Shown here: piece after piece, positions 38,096 to 47,226 of the stretch
Layout of the letters: each line of letters opens with the position of its first letter
How positions within the stretch are numbered: position 1 is the first letter of the stretch
Source of the DNA: Camelus ferus
Taxonomy: Eukaryota
Length of the DNA stretch: 64,000 bases
NCBI RefSeq assembly: GCF_009834535.1
Contig: NC_045729.1
Coordinates: forward strand, 16,368,001-16,432,000
Reading direction: 5' to 3'
Made by a program: the position numbers and the translations under genes
Notes under the pieces: generated by a model
Told to the model about the DNA's origin: nothing
What the model saw: the letters and a program-made list of their open reading frames with translations, nothing else
The model's database searches: none

Positions 38096-41000
38096 GTGAG
38101 CAACCTCCGCCCGCTCTCCGGACCCCGCCCGACCCTCCCCAGACTCCTTCCTGGCCCCGCCGGGTCCCCGCGCTCACCCAGCCGCTCACCCCGCCCCCCC
38201 AGAAGCTAGCACGTACTCTTGAGTTCGGCCTGGCCTGACCCCGACCCCTCTCCCCGCAGTGGAAGGCGGGCACAGAGCCATTTTCTTTAATCGGATCGGA
38301 GGCGTGCAGCAGGACACCATTCTGGCCGAGGGCCTTCACTTCAGGTAATGGCAGGCAGAGCGGATTGAACCTGACCCTTCACCCTTGAACGCCGACCCAC
38401 CAGTGGCCATAGTAGGACTTTTAATGGGATTCAGCCCTGCTCATTCCCCTCCTCACCCCATCTCCCAGAACAGTGGGTGTTGCCCAGAACTCCAGCAGCA
38501 TATGCTGTTGTTGTCCAGAGAGAGAAGAGAATTTCTCCTTGACCGTGGTCATTAAGAGGAGAAGCAGGCCAAGAAACACGTGGTGAAGCAAGACCGGCTG
38601 AAACTAGTGAAACTGCAGTGTCCTAATCCCTGTCCCTGTTCCTTCTCCTCCAGGATCCCCTGGTTCCAATACCCCATCATCTATGACATTCGGGCCAGAC
38701 CCCGAAAAATTTCCTCCCCCACAGGCTCCAAAGGTAGGTCTGGGCACTGAGGCGTCACTGGCAGTAAACAAGGGGGCCTGGCCAGAGACTAGGGGAGATG
38801 GTGGTGTCAGATCCCTTGGGCTTTGGTTTCCACGTCTGCAAATGAGCTATAATAAAAGCACCAGCTTCTGGGGTTAAACCAGCACATTCTGGACGCACTG
38901 TGTGTTTCGCATGTTTAGCTGTCCCTCCCCTAATGTAAACTCAGTGAGAGCATTGTTTGTCCTTTGTCTTACTCACTGCCTAGGTCAAAGCCTAGTTTTA
39001 AAGCCTTTTTTTCCCTTGTAGTTGCTTCGCTTATTAATTACATTAACTAGTACGCCCTGTCCTGGGGAAACCTGGCTCCACTCTTCACTAGTGCACCTGT
39101 TCCTTCCTAGACCACACCTAGAAGCTGTGCCTTTGAGATTCCCCAGACCCTTCCTCAAACACACGCATACACCCAGGCATGTACACAGTAAGGCAGGTAG
39201 CTCACCTGTAGTGTGCTTTTTTGTACTACTTTTAGCACTGTTTTTGACATTTTTGAAACCCTAGCCCCTGAGAGTAAAGAATTTACAAAACACAGTCTTT
39301 GTCCTGAAGTACAGGAGACACGATTATGATACAACGTAACAGAGCCTAGATCGGGGTTGCACACAGTGCAGTGGCAAAAAGAGGTCAGCTTTATTGGTGA
39401 AGGGGCTGTGGGTAGAGAAGACTTGACAGTGGACGAGTTTGCATCGGGTCGGTGCCGAGGCACATCTTGTCAACCTGATTATCATCCTCCTCCACAAGGA
39501 GTATCAGACCACACAGCATTGCACTAGGTATAGAGAAAAGCACGAGGAGAAAATGCTGGGGGCCCCCCATGGCCTTGACCAGCCCCTGCTGACCTCACTC
39601 TTAGACCTGCAGATGGTGAACATCTCGCTGCGGGTACTGTCCCGACCCAACGCCATGGAGCTCCCCAGCATGTACCAGCGCCTGGGGCTGGATTACGAGG
39701 AGCGCGTGTTGCCGTCCATTGTCAACGAGGTGCTCAAGAGTGTGGTGGCCAAGTTCAACGCCTCCCAGCTGATCACCCAGCGGGCCCAGGTCTGACTGCA
39801 GCTTCCAGCTCTCCCAGTATATTAGGAAAGGGTTGTGGCCCTAGGTCTGTTTCCACCCGAAAGCTGTGTTTGTGGGAAACAAGGAACCAAGACTGGAACT
39901 CAATAGCAGTTCGTGTTAGGCAGCTTGGGAGAAAACACACAAGTGTAGACGTGTGTATTGTGTTGCAGAGAGTAGGGATTAGGAGTCAGTGGGACCAAGT
40001 CCTTTCCAGCTCAGCTGTTCTAGTGAGGAAGTGAGAGAGGGGTGGTGTATTCCCTGCCATTCTTGGGAGATCTGGGATTCAGATGGTCACGGCAGCACAC
40101 CTTCCTTTCAGTTCTCCAGTCCCCTCAATGCCCCTCTCCCCTCCCCTCCTCACCCCGCCCCTCAGGTATCCTTGTNNNNNNNNNNNNNNNNNNNNNNNNN
40201 NNNNNNNNNNNNNNNNNNNNNNNNNNNNNNNNNNNNNNNNNNNNNNNNNNNNNNNNNNNNNNNNNNNNNNNNNNNNNNNNNNNNNNNNNNNNNNNNNNNN
40301 NNNNNNNNNNNNNNNGGGAGGGTTTCCGAGGACGCAGGAGGAGGGATGGCGTTCCTGACACCTCGCATCTGTGACCCTGATTCTCTCCCACCACAGCCCA
40401 GCAGGAGGCCCAGCGGGCCCAGTTCTTGGTGGAAAAAGCAAAGCAGGAACAGCGGCAGAAGATCGTCCAGGCAGAGGGTGAGGCCGAGGCCGCCAGGATG
40501 ATATCCTTCTGCTGGAGAGCTCCCCGCCCAGCCCCTGGAACACTGCTCCCCGTCTTCCCTCAAGGGCTGGCTGATGAGACTAAGGCGAATGCGACTCGTG
40601 CTCTCCGATACCCAGGGGTGGGGGTTCCCAGTAGGATCTGAAGTCTTAGTGGGGGCACTAGAGGCCTGGCTCCTCACTGTAAGGCAGATCAACAGCACTG
40701 CTGGCCTTGCCTCTTTATCTGCTGCTGCCTCCAGTTCCTGGCAGCTGCCTGCAGGGAGGCCTACAGGGGGCACCAAAGTAGGGCTGGGCACAAGCCACCT
40801 GAGCGCAACCTTGGATCTGACCGCCCAGAGGAGGGCTGAGTGAGGCGGGCAGTGAAGTGAGGATGGGGCTCAGATTGAGACCTGGCCTTGTGTGAACCCT
40901 TAACCCCACCCTGCTCACCTCGGAGAAGCTCTGAGCAAGAACCCTGGCTACATCAAGCTGCGGAAGATCCGGGCAGCCCAGAACATCTCCAAGACGGTGA

Positions 41001-42182
41001 GTGTGAGTCCGGCCCCTCCCTCCAAGCCACCTTGGGAGTGAAGGTGTTTCTGTACATTGAAGTGAGAAGACTAGAGTCTTGCTTGTTCAGATTTCTACTC
41101 AAACTGGCTTCTCTGACACTCTTCCTCCCATCAAAACTGAATTCCCCAGAGTCCCCCAGGCTCCCCTGACCTTTTGTTCATCCTTCTCCCGGTACCAATA
41201 CGTCACAGCTGCTCTGGATCCTTGTGTGAGAGCAGAAACCATGGCTTTCTCATCTCACTACCCATGTTCCTCACCCACACATGTTCCATCAGTGATTGGA
41301 ACTGCAAGTGTAGGAATGGAGGTTTTCTTTGCTTGATACAAACATGTCTCATTTCTGGCCCTATAGATCGCCACATCACAGAACCGTATCTATCTCACTG
41401 CTGACAACCTTGTGCTGAACCTGCAGGATGAGAGTTTCACCCGGTGAGAGACACGGCCTTCAAGTGGGATGTCACAGAGACCCAGGGCAGGGGCTGGTCA
41501 CCTGGGCTCTAGAGCTTCTACCAGCTTACTCGTGTGACCCTTGAAAGACACCATTTCTCTGAACCAAAGTTGGAAAAGTGGGTGGTTGACAATTCCTAAC
41601 TTGAATCTCACAGGATTGATTTTACGAGATCATATAGGGTTATTCATGTAGAAAGCATTTTAACTGTAAAGTTTTGTTTCACTGAAAAGTGGTAAAAGAT
41701 AACATTTAGCATTGTTTCTTGGGGACTGCTCTGGGGCATGGGAGGATGCTAGCAGAGAAGAGGTGGGAAGTGGCAGTGGCCAAGGGAGCAAGTCTCTTCT
41801 TCCCAGAGCCCGGGGTTCCTCGCTTCCAACGTGCTTGTCTTTTTCTCTTGGGAGCGAAGGAGGATTTAGAGTTGGGTGGCGCCTGAAACTGTCAAGTCAC
41901 ACATACCTTTCTTTTCTCTCTCTGTCTTCCTTGTTCATCTGGTGACCTGGCATCCACAGAGGAAGGTAAGCTTTTGATGCATCCTTGTTTCTGTGGGGTC
42001 TTGCAGCCCATCTCCCAGTACCTGCCTCCTCCCCCATCACCTCACCTTTCTCACCTCCCCCCACACACACCCTGGGTCAGGGAGGAGGAAGTGGCCTGAG
42101 GCTCTCTGCTTCTCACAAAGGTCCTTTAATGTCACCATCTGTCTGTTTCCACAGTGACAGCCTCATCAAGGGTAAGAAATGA
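37969..42182 (+). CDS. PHB2: Prohibitin-2, whole spliced CDS span, 299 aa expected
   Basis: join(37969-38095,38260-38344,38654-38733,39605-39789,40166-~40295 [mostly N],40397-40500,40919-40996,41367-41443,41960-41965,42155-42182); totals 900 nt if exon 5 is 130 nt; [24 protein letters not shown]...SDSLIKGKK*; AATAAA at 42471-42476. Confidence 0.95.
38260..38344 (+). CDS. PHB2: PHB2 exon 2
   Basis: [29 protein letters not shown]. Confidence 0.96.
38654..38733 (+). CDS. PHB2: PHB2 exon 3
   Basis: [26 protein letters not shown]. Confidence 0.96.
39605..39789 (+). CDS. PHB2: PHB2 exon 4
   Basis: [15 protein letters not shown]...[10 protein letters not shown]. Confidence 0.96.
40166..40295 (+). 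CDS. PHB2: PHB2 exon 5; only the first 10 nt are visible, end inferred inside the N gap
   Basis: ctcag|GTATCCTTGT (VSL) then Ns; 130 nt is needed to keep frame with exon 6. Confidence 0.6.
40176..40315. other. Assembly gap (140 N) hiding most of PHB2 exon 5
   Basis: Run of N. Confidence 0.99.
40397..40500 (+). CDS. PHB2: PHB2 exon 6
   Basis: [35 protein letters not shown]; followed by ATATCCTT (U12 donor). Confidence 0.95.
40501..40918 (+). other. PHB2: U12-type (minor spliceosome) AT-AC intron 6 of PHB2
   Basis: 5' ATATCCTTC; branch site CCTTAAC at 40898-40904; ends ctcAC; exons 6 and 7 join in frame (RM|LGEAL). Confidence 0.93.
40566..40826 (+). ncRNA. SCARNA12: SCARNA12 (U89) composite C/D-H/ACA small Cajal-body RNA
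   Basis: C box TGATGA 40572-40577; D box CTGA 40817-40820; H box ACAGCA 40692-40697; ACA 40790-40792; pocket AAGTCTT/GTAAGG complementary to U5 around U46; closing stem GATCTG/CAGATC. Confidence 0.9.
40919..40996 (+). CDS. PHB2: PHB2 exon 7
   Basis: [26 protein letters not shown]; |gtgagt. Confidence 0.95.
41367..41443 (+). CDS. PHB2: PHB2 exon 8
   Basis: [25 protein letters not shown]; |gtgaga. Confidence 0.95.
41960..41965 (+). CDS. PHB2: PHB2 6-nt micro-exon 9 (AGGAAG)
   Basis: ccacag|AGGAAG|gtaagc; supplies the R-G-S junction of ...FTRGSDSLIK. Confidence 0.88.
42155..42182 (+). CDS. PHB2: PHB2 exon 10 (last coding)
   Basis: ccacag|TGACAGCCTCATCAAGGGTAAGAAATGA. Confidence 0.94.
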
Positions 42183-42582
42183 GCCTGGTGACGAGGAACT
42201 CCGCCCCCAGGGAAGAAGTGGATCTGTTCCTCCCCTGGTTTTTGAGGAGCCAGCTTGGGGTCCAGCACACCCCCGCCCTGCCCCCAGTATCATGTGATGG
42301 TCCCTTCCACATCTGTCCTCCCAGCCCTTCTTGGATGAACAAAGACTGACCGTTTGCAGGGGAATGACTTTCCGCCCTGTGTCAGGACAGTGTGTGGTTT
42401 CTCAGTGATTTCCTGGGGTTGGTTCCTCCCTCTCTGTCGGGAGGCAATAACCACCACCCTGGGAATTCCCAATAAATTTTTATTACTTAAGCAAAATCAA
42501 GGCATCCAGTGTCTGGGCTGGGCTAGGGTGGCACGCATGCGCACGTTCAGACAGCGCACTCCTGGGTCCTTCTTTGTCTCTG

Positions 42583-42596
42583 CCGGCAGGGGGCGC
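42583..42596 (+). promoter_or_regulatory. CTCF-like core motif
   Basis: CCGGCAGGGGGCGC matches the CTCF core consensus. Confidence 0.55.
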
Positions 42597-43660
42597 AAGG
42601 ACCCCGGCCTGGGCAGGTAGGGGAGAGCGCCCAGCCGCTGCCTTAACCCTATTAATCCAGCAGAGGCGGATCCAAACCAGAACCCGGCTGGGAATGGCGG
42701 GCCTTTGGCCCTGAGGCCAGCTGCACTCTTCACCCCACCCTCACAGAACCGCATCACCCCACTTGTTTACCAACGTCTCCCTTTTTAAGGCTGGAGCAGC
42801 TGTGGCTTTGCTGAGCTAGACCAAAAATCTGATGACCCCAACAGGAGCTGCTTCCCTGGTAACAGGGTTCCATGTGGCTTTGGGAGACGGTGCTTATTGA
42901 GGGCCTTGCGAGTTCAGATGCCTCCTGGACCCTGTTGCTGCCCTGGGCTACACACACTTTGAGTTGCTCAGGGCTCGACCTCTCAAGGTGGGCTCTTCAC
43001 TGCCACAGCTCTGGGCCCCCAACAAGACTGGTGCCTCATGCCCTTCCCAATCCAGCCATCTCCGAATGTCAAGCAGCAGAGAAACGAGGCCGCTGGCTGT
43101 GCCCGCATGCCACCACCACGTTCCAATCCCCTGTCCTTGCGGGGAAACAACAGTGGGAACCACAGGACGGCCCTGGGGGTGAAAGTGTGGACAGGAATCA
43201 TGAAATTCGTGGTGGGGGAGGAGGTGCACCTTGCACGGTTAGGAGGACCTGGGGTCTTGATCTGCTTCGGTTTTTGAAGAAAGATTAATTGTCCCCTGCT
43301 CTGCAGGTTGAATGTCATGAAAGGGACAGGGGGCAGCGGATGTGGCCACCCCTCCTCAGGGCCTGGGAGCCCAAAGTGAGATCAACAACTAGACAAAAGC
43401 CAGTGAAGTGACCCAAATGAGTGCTCAATCCCTGTCCACACTTTATTCACATTTCCCAAGGCAGGAAGAGGATGGAGGAGCCTGAAAACAAACATGTTTC
43501 CAAGTCCCGCTGTGGCTCTGGGCAGCCATTTTGTCTCCTCCCATTGTTTCCCTTTCCTGAAGACTCACCCCCCACCACCCCCAGGGGTAAAGGTCAGAGA
43601 TGTCTGGTCCGGAGGCCTCCGTGGTCTTCGGGGCTCCCTGAAGGTCACTGCCGAGGGCGC

Positions 43661-43746
43661 CGGCCGGAGGCCATCTTTACCAGACAGTGTTAGGAGCTTC
43701 CCGATTAGACCACCCAACACTGTGCTGGAAGATGGACCCAGAGCCG
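43661..43746 (-). ncRNA. MIR141: pre-miR-141
   Basis: Mature 3p UAACACUGUCUGGUAAAGAUGG at 43671-43692; 5p arm at 43713-43734 pairs with it. Confidence 0.96.
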
Positions 43747-44085
43747 GCGACAGACATCCGGGCTGGAGCTGGCCAGTTGCTTCGAGAACCCTGACCGCAG
43801 GCCAGCTGAGGTCTCTTGAAAGGATACGAGCCAATCCCAAGCTCAAGGTCAGCTGTGGGTTCTGGAGCCTCCAGATGACAAATCACACTGGGTTGGGGGA
43901 GGGGCTGGGGCCATTGTGTCCCTTCAGTGGGCAGCCAGCCAACCTCAGAGCCACCTCTTTTGCAACACCCTCTGCTCAAAATGAAGGGGTTTCCAGGGTT
44001 GGGGTAGGGGTTACGGAGTTGGGGTCGCAGCCAGGTAGGCACTGGGGACCTGAGACCATGGACGTTGCTGACACAGGGATAGGGG

Positions 44086-44154
44086 CCTCCATCATTACCC
44101 GGCAGTATTAGAGACTCCCAACCAGCACCCAAACACTGCTGGGTAAGACGGGGG
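44086..44154 (-). ncRNA. MIR200C: pre-miR-200c
   Basis: Mature 3p UAAUACUGCCGGGUAAUGAUGGA at 44088-44110; 5p CGUCUUACCCAGCAGUGUUUGG at 44129-44150. Confidence 0.97.
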
Positions 44155-44479
44155 CCCCCACCCCGCTGCCCTCCTCCAGGGCAGGCCATCCTAGGCCCAG
44201 GCTCCCGACGGAGCTGCGGAACGCTGGCTCCCATCCCCCACCAACCGCGTCCCTAGGGACACTTCCGGGTGAGCCCTATAGCTGCCACCAGCCCCACCCT
44301 GGGTCGCTGATCCACTGAGGGCCTAGTCAGGGGCCTAGTCAGAAGCCCCCTGCCCACCTCTTCTCTGCACCAAGCCCCTTCCCCCAACCCCCGCAGCCTG
44401 TCCCCCACCACATACGCCCTGGTTCACCACCCCGGCCCCCTCGGCGGTCCCTAGCTCAGCCCCAGGACCACTCTCCCCA

Positions 44480-44680
44480 GGGCCTTTACCTGTCACTTGG
44501 CCGCCTGCCCCCCAGAGAGTGAAGGCTGAGGAGAGGAAGGGGAGTCAGGGCCCGGGATTCCAGACCTAGAGGCCGCCCTGGCCTCCACTCTTCCTTCTTC
44601 CTTCTCGCCTGCCCTGCCGGGAAGCGCAGACTCCTCACCTGGGCCCCGCCCGCCGCCCTTGCGCACAGGTGTGTCCTCCT
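44480..44680 (-). promoter_or_regulatory. miR-200c/141 proximal promoter with ZEB-type boxes
   Basis: CAGGTA (minus) 44487-44492; CACCTG 44636-44641; CAGGTG 44666-44671; GC box between them; ZEB1/2 repression of this cluster is established. Confidence 0.6.
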
Positions 44681-46198
44681 GCCATAGGCTGCACCCCTGC
44701 TGCCTTAACCCCTTCCCTCCCAGCGCCAGCCACAGGCGCCTCCTCTGAGGCCTGGTCCCCTCACCAGGCCCTCCACCCTGGCCGCCCTCTCCTACCTGCC
44801 TCCTCTGCCCCCAGGGCCCAGGCCTGGGAGCCTGGTCACCAGAGGGACAGAGGGAGGGGCTGTCTTTGGGCCCCTTTGCCTTCCTCCCTGGCCTCACCCC
44901 ACAGCCACTCCTGCTACCAGCTAGCCTCTTCCCCTAAGGCCTCTGCCCAGGCCCAGAGCTGGAGGCCCAGAGACCCTGAGGTCAGAGAGGGCTCAGCTCA
45001 GCAGGGATTGAGTTGTGCCCTGACCCAGGGCACCTGTGCTGGACATCCTGGGCCTGTGGAGGGCAGGCGGGTCCCCACAGGCACCTCCTTGTCCTCACCC
45101 TTAGTGTTGGGGTGCCCACCCCTGCTGAGAGCCCCAAGCTGGCCAGGAGCATCAGCACTGACCCGGCCAATCAAAGTTCTGAGTTGCCCTCCTTCGGCCC
45201 CCAGCCTTCATCCAGTCCTGCGGGGAGGACCGACCACACTCTGCTCCCCAGAGGGACCCGGCACCCTGCCAGGCAGAGCTGTTCCTGGACCCACCTCACA
45301 GCCCTGGAGAGTCTAGGTCCCAGCCTCGGGCAGTCAGCCCAAGGGCCGTTAGAGGGGGTGGGACCTGCCTTTCTTTTGTGTAGTTCAAGCTGGGATAGAA
45401 AGGGCGTTGCCAGGAGAGGGGCCCTGAGGCCCACAGGTGACGCTCCACCCAGCCACCCCCTGGAGGGCAAGAGCTCCTGGGAGCTGAGCAGTCCTGTGGC
45501 CCAATCCCAGCTCTGCACTCTCACTCTCTCCCTTTAGTTTACATCCTTCTTCACTCCTCTCTGTACTTCTGTGTGGACTGTTTCTGGCTGTCTTCCTCTC
45601 CAGTCTCCTCAGTTCCACAATGATGGGCACTGGCGGGTTCCCCATCACGCCCCAGCACCGCTCCAGTGCCTGGGACACGGCGGGGCACTCAACAAAGACA
45701 GAGTAGGCTGAGTGACAGCCCAGCCTACTGGCTTCAGGACACCCACTGCTTAGCCAGGCATGCAACAGGGAGCTGGTCTTTTTTTAAGTCTGAGCCTCTC
45801 ACAGACTCCTCCCCAGGAGACAAGCGTTTTAAATCGACATAAAGCCTTAACACAAGGAAGGAATGGCTTGTTGTCCACTCTGGACACAGGGAAAGGAAGA
45901 GTGAGAAAAGATAAAACATTGACCAGGAGCAAAATTGTAGCAGCAGCCCCAGGAAGGAAAAAGCAGGGCGCTCCTGTGAGCACCTGATGCCCAGCAGGGA
46001 GGGGATTCAGGGAGCAAGGCCTATGCTCATGGCCTTTATCCATCTTCTTAGCTTTTGGATCTAGAAGCCAGGCCTGAGAATGTGGTTGTGTTCCCCTCGG
46101 GGATATCCCCGGCTGCGGATCCAGGAATGCGGGCTCTGGGGTCAGAAGGCCTGAGTTACAATCTTAGCTTCACTGCTCAAGAGCCCCGTGACCTTGAG

Positions 46199-46320
46199 GG
46201 TGGGGGCAGCTCAGCGGTAGACTGCGTGCTTAGTGAGCGCGAGGCCCTGGGCTCAATCCCCAGTGCCTCTGTTAAATTATATAAATAAGCCTAATTACCT
46301 CCCCCTCCAAAAAAAAAAAA
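46199..46320 (+). mobile_element. tRNA-derived SINE inserted into a MIR
   Basis: agctcagcggtag...ggctcaatccccag...cctaattacc-A12; flanks gagccccgtgaccttgag and gagtcctgtgaccttaag. Confidence 0.8.
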
Positions 46321-46724
46321 GGTTTTCTAAAAAATGAGTCCTGTGACCTTAAGCAAGTTATTTAATCTATCTGAGCCTCAATTTCTCTCAGTGTAGAATA
46401 GGAATGATGCGGTACCTCAGTTGAATTAATGCTGCAGTCTTTTTAAATAGCGCCCACCACAGAGCAAGTGCGTAAGGAATTACTGCTGCCAGTTGTGTTC
46501 AACATCCCTGATCTCAAAGATCTTCACAACTGCCCTTTCCAGATCATCCTCCACTTTAAAGGGAAGAGACAGAGACTGCGGAAGCCGCCCCATGCTCACA
46601 ATCCTCGTTTATCAAGCAGAGGCCGGAACCAGTTCTGTCAGGCGAGAAGGCCTAGCTGTGCCCAAACACGGCCTCCCCTGCCTGCCTCCCCTCCCACCCA
46701 AGCGCACGGAGTTAGAGACCCACA

Positions 46725-46805
46725 CACACGGTGATCCTAGGGGCTTTATTTACAGCAGAAGAAGGGCCAGGCCCCGCCGGGGCCCTGCTGAGCTATGTAC
46801 AGGGT
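46725..46805 (-). other. PTPN6: PTPN6 non-coding terminal exon with poly(A) signal; 3' end approximate
   Basis: Donor GAG|gtaccg after 47086; acceptor cccag| at 46806-46808; AATAAA (minus) at 46745-46750. Confidence 0.75.
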
Positions 46806-47111
46806 CTGGGAGAGGGAGGTGGGGACACGGCCATTTAAATTACAATAGAATGGGGGCAGGCACTGAGGTCCAGGCTGTGGGTCGTCCACTGGAGGCCTCT
46901 GCAGGGATGGATGGGCTGCGGCTGCAGAGAGAGGGGAGGAAGGAACAAGGGGGTGACTGGGACCCAGAAGGGGACACAATGCAGGTCTGGGCAGGAAGGC
47001 AGGGTGAGGCTGCAGCCACCCCATCCATCCAGGGGAGGGCACTGGAGGCAGGGGGCCCCGGGGGCCGGCCAGGGAGGAGCGGTACCTCGGCCGCCCCTGG
47101 ACGCGCCCGGC

Positions 47112-47226
47112 TCACTTCCTCTTCAGGGAGCCCTTGCTCTTCTCCTTGTCTGCTGACCTCTGCTTCTTCACCTTCTCCTCCTTCTTGTTCTTACTCTGAA
47201 GGTTCTCGTACACATCCTCCTTGTGT
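47112..47226 (-). CDS. PTPN6: PTPN6 last coding exon
   Basis: [19 protein letters not shown]...KGSLKRK*. Confidence 0.95.

Noticed and set aside
43713-43734. miR-141-5p differences from the human sequence I recall (C at position 11, terminal G)
   Set aside because: One is a bulged position and the other is next to the loop; mature 3p and seed are unchanged.
45720-46400. p53 response element upstream of miR-200c
   Set aside because: Only isolated imperfect half-sites, one inside a MIR; no paired decamers found.
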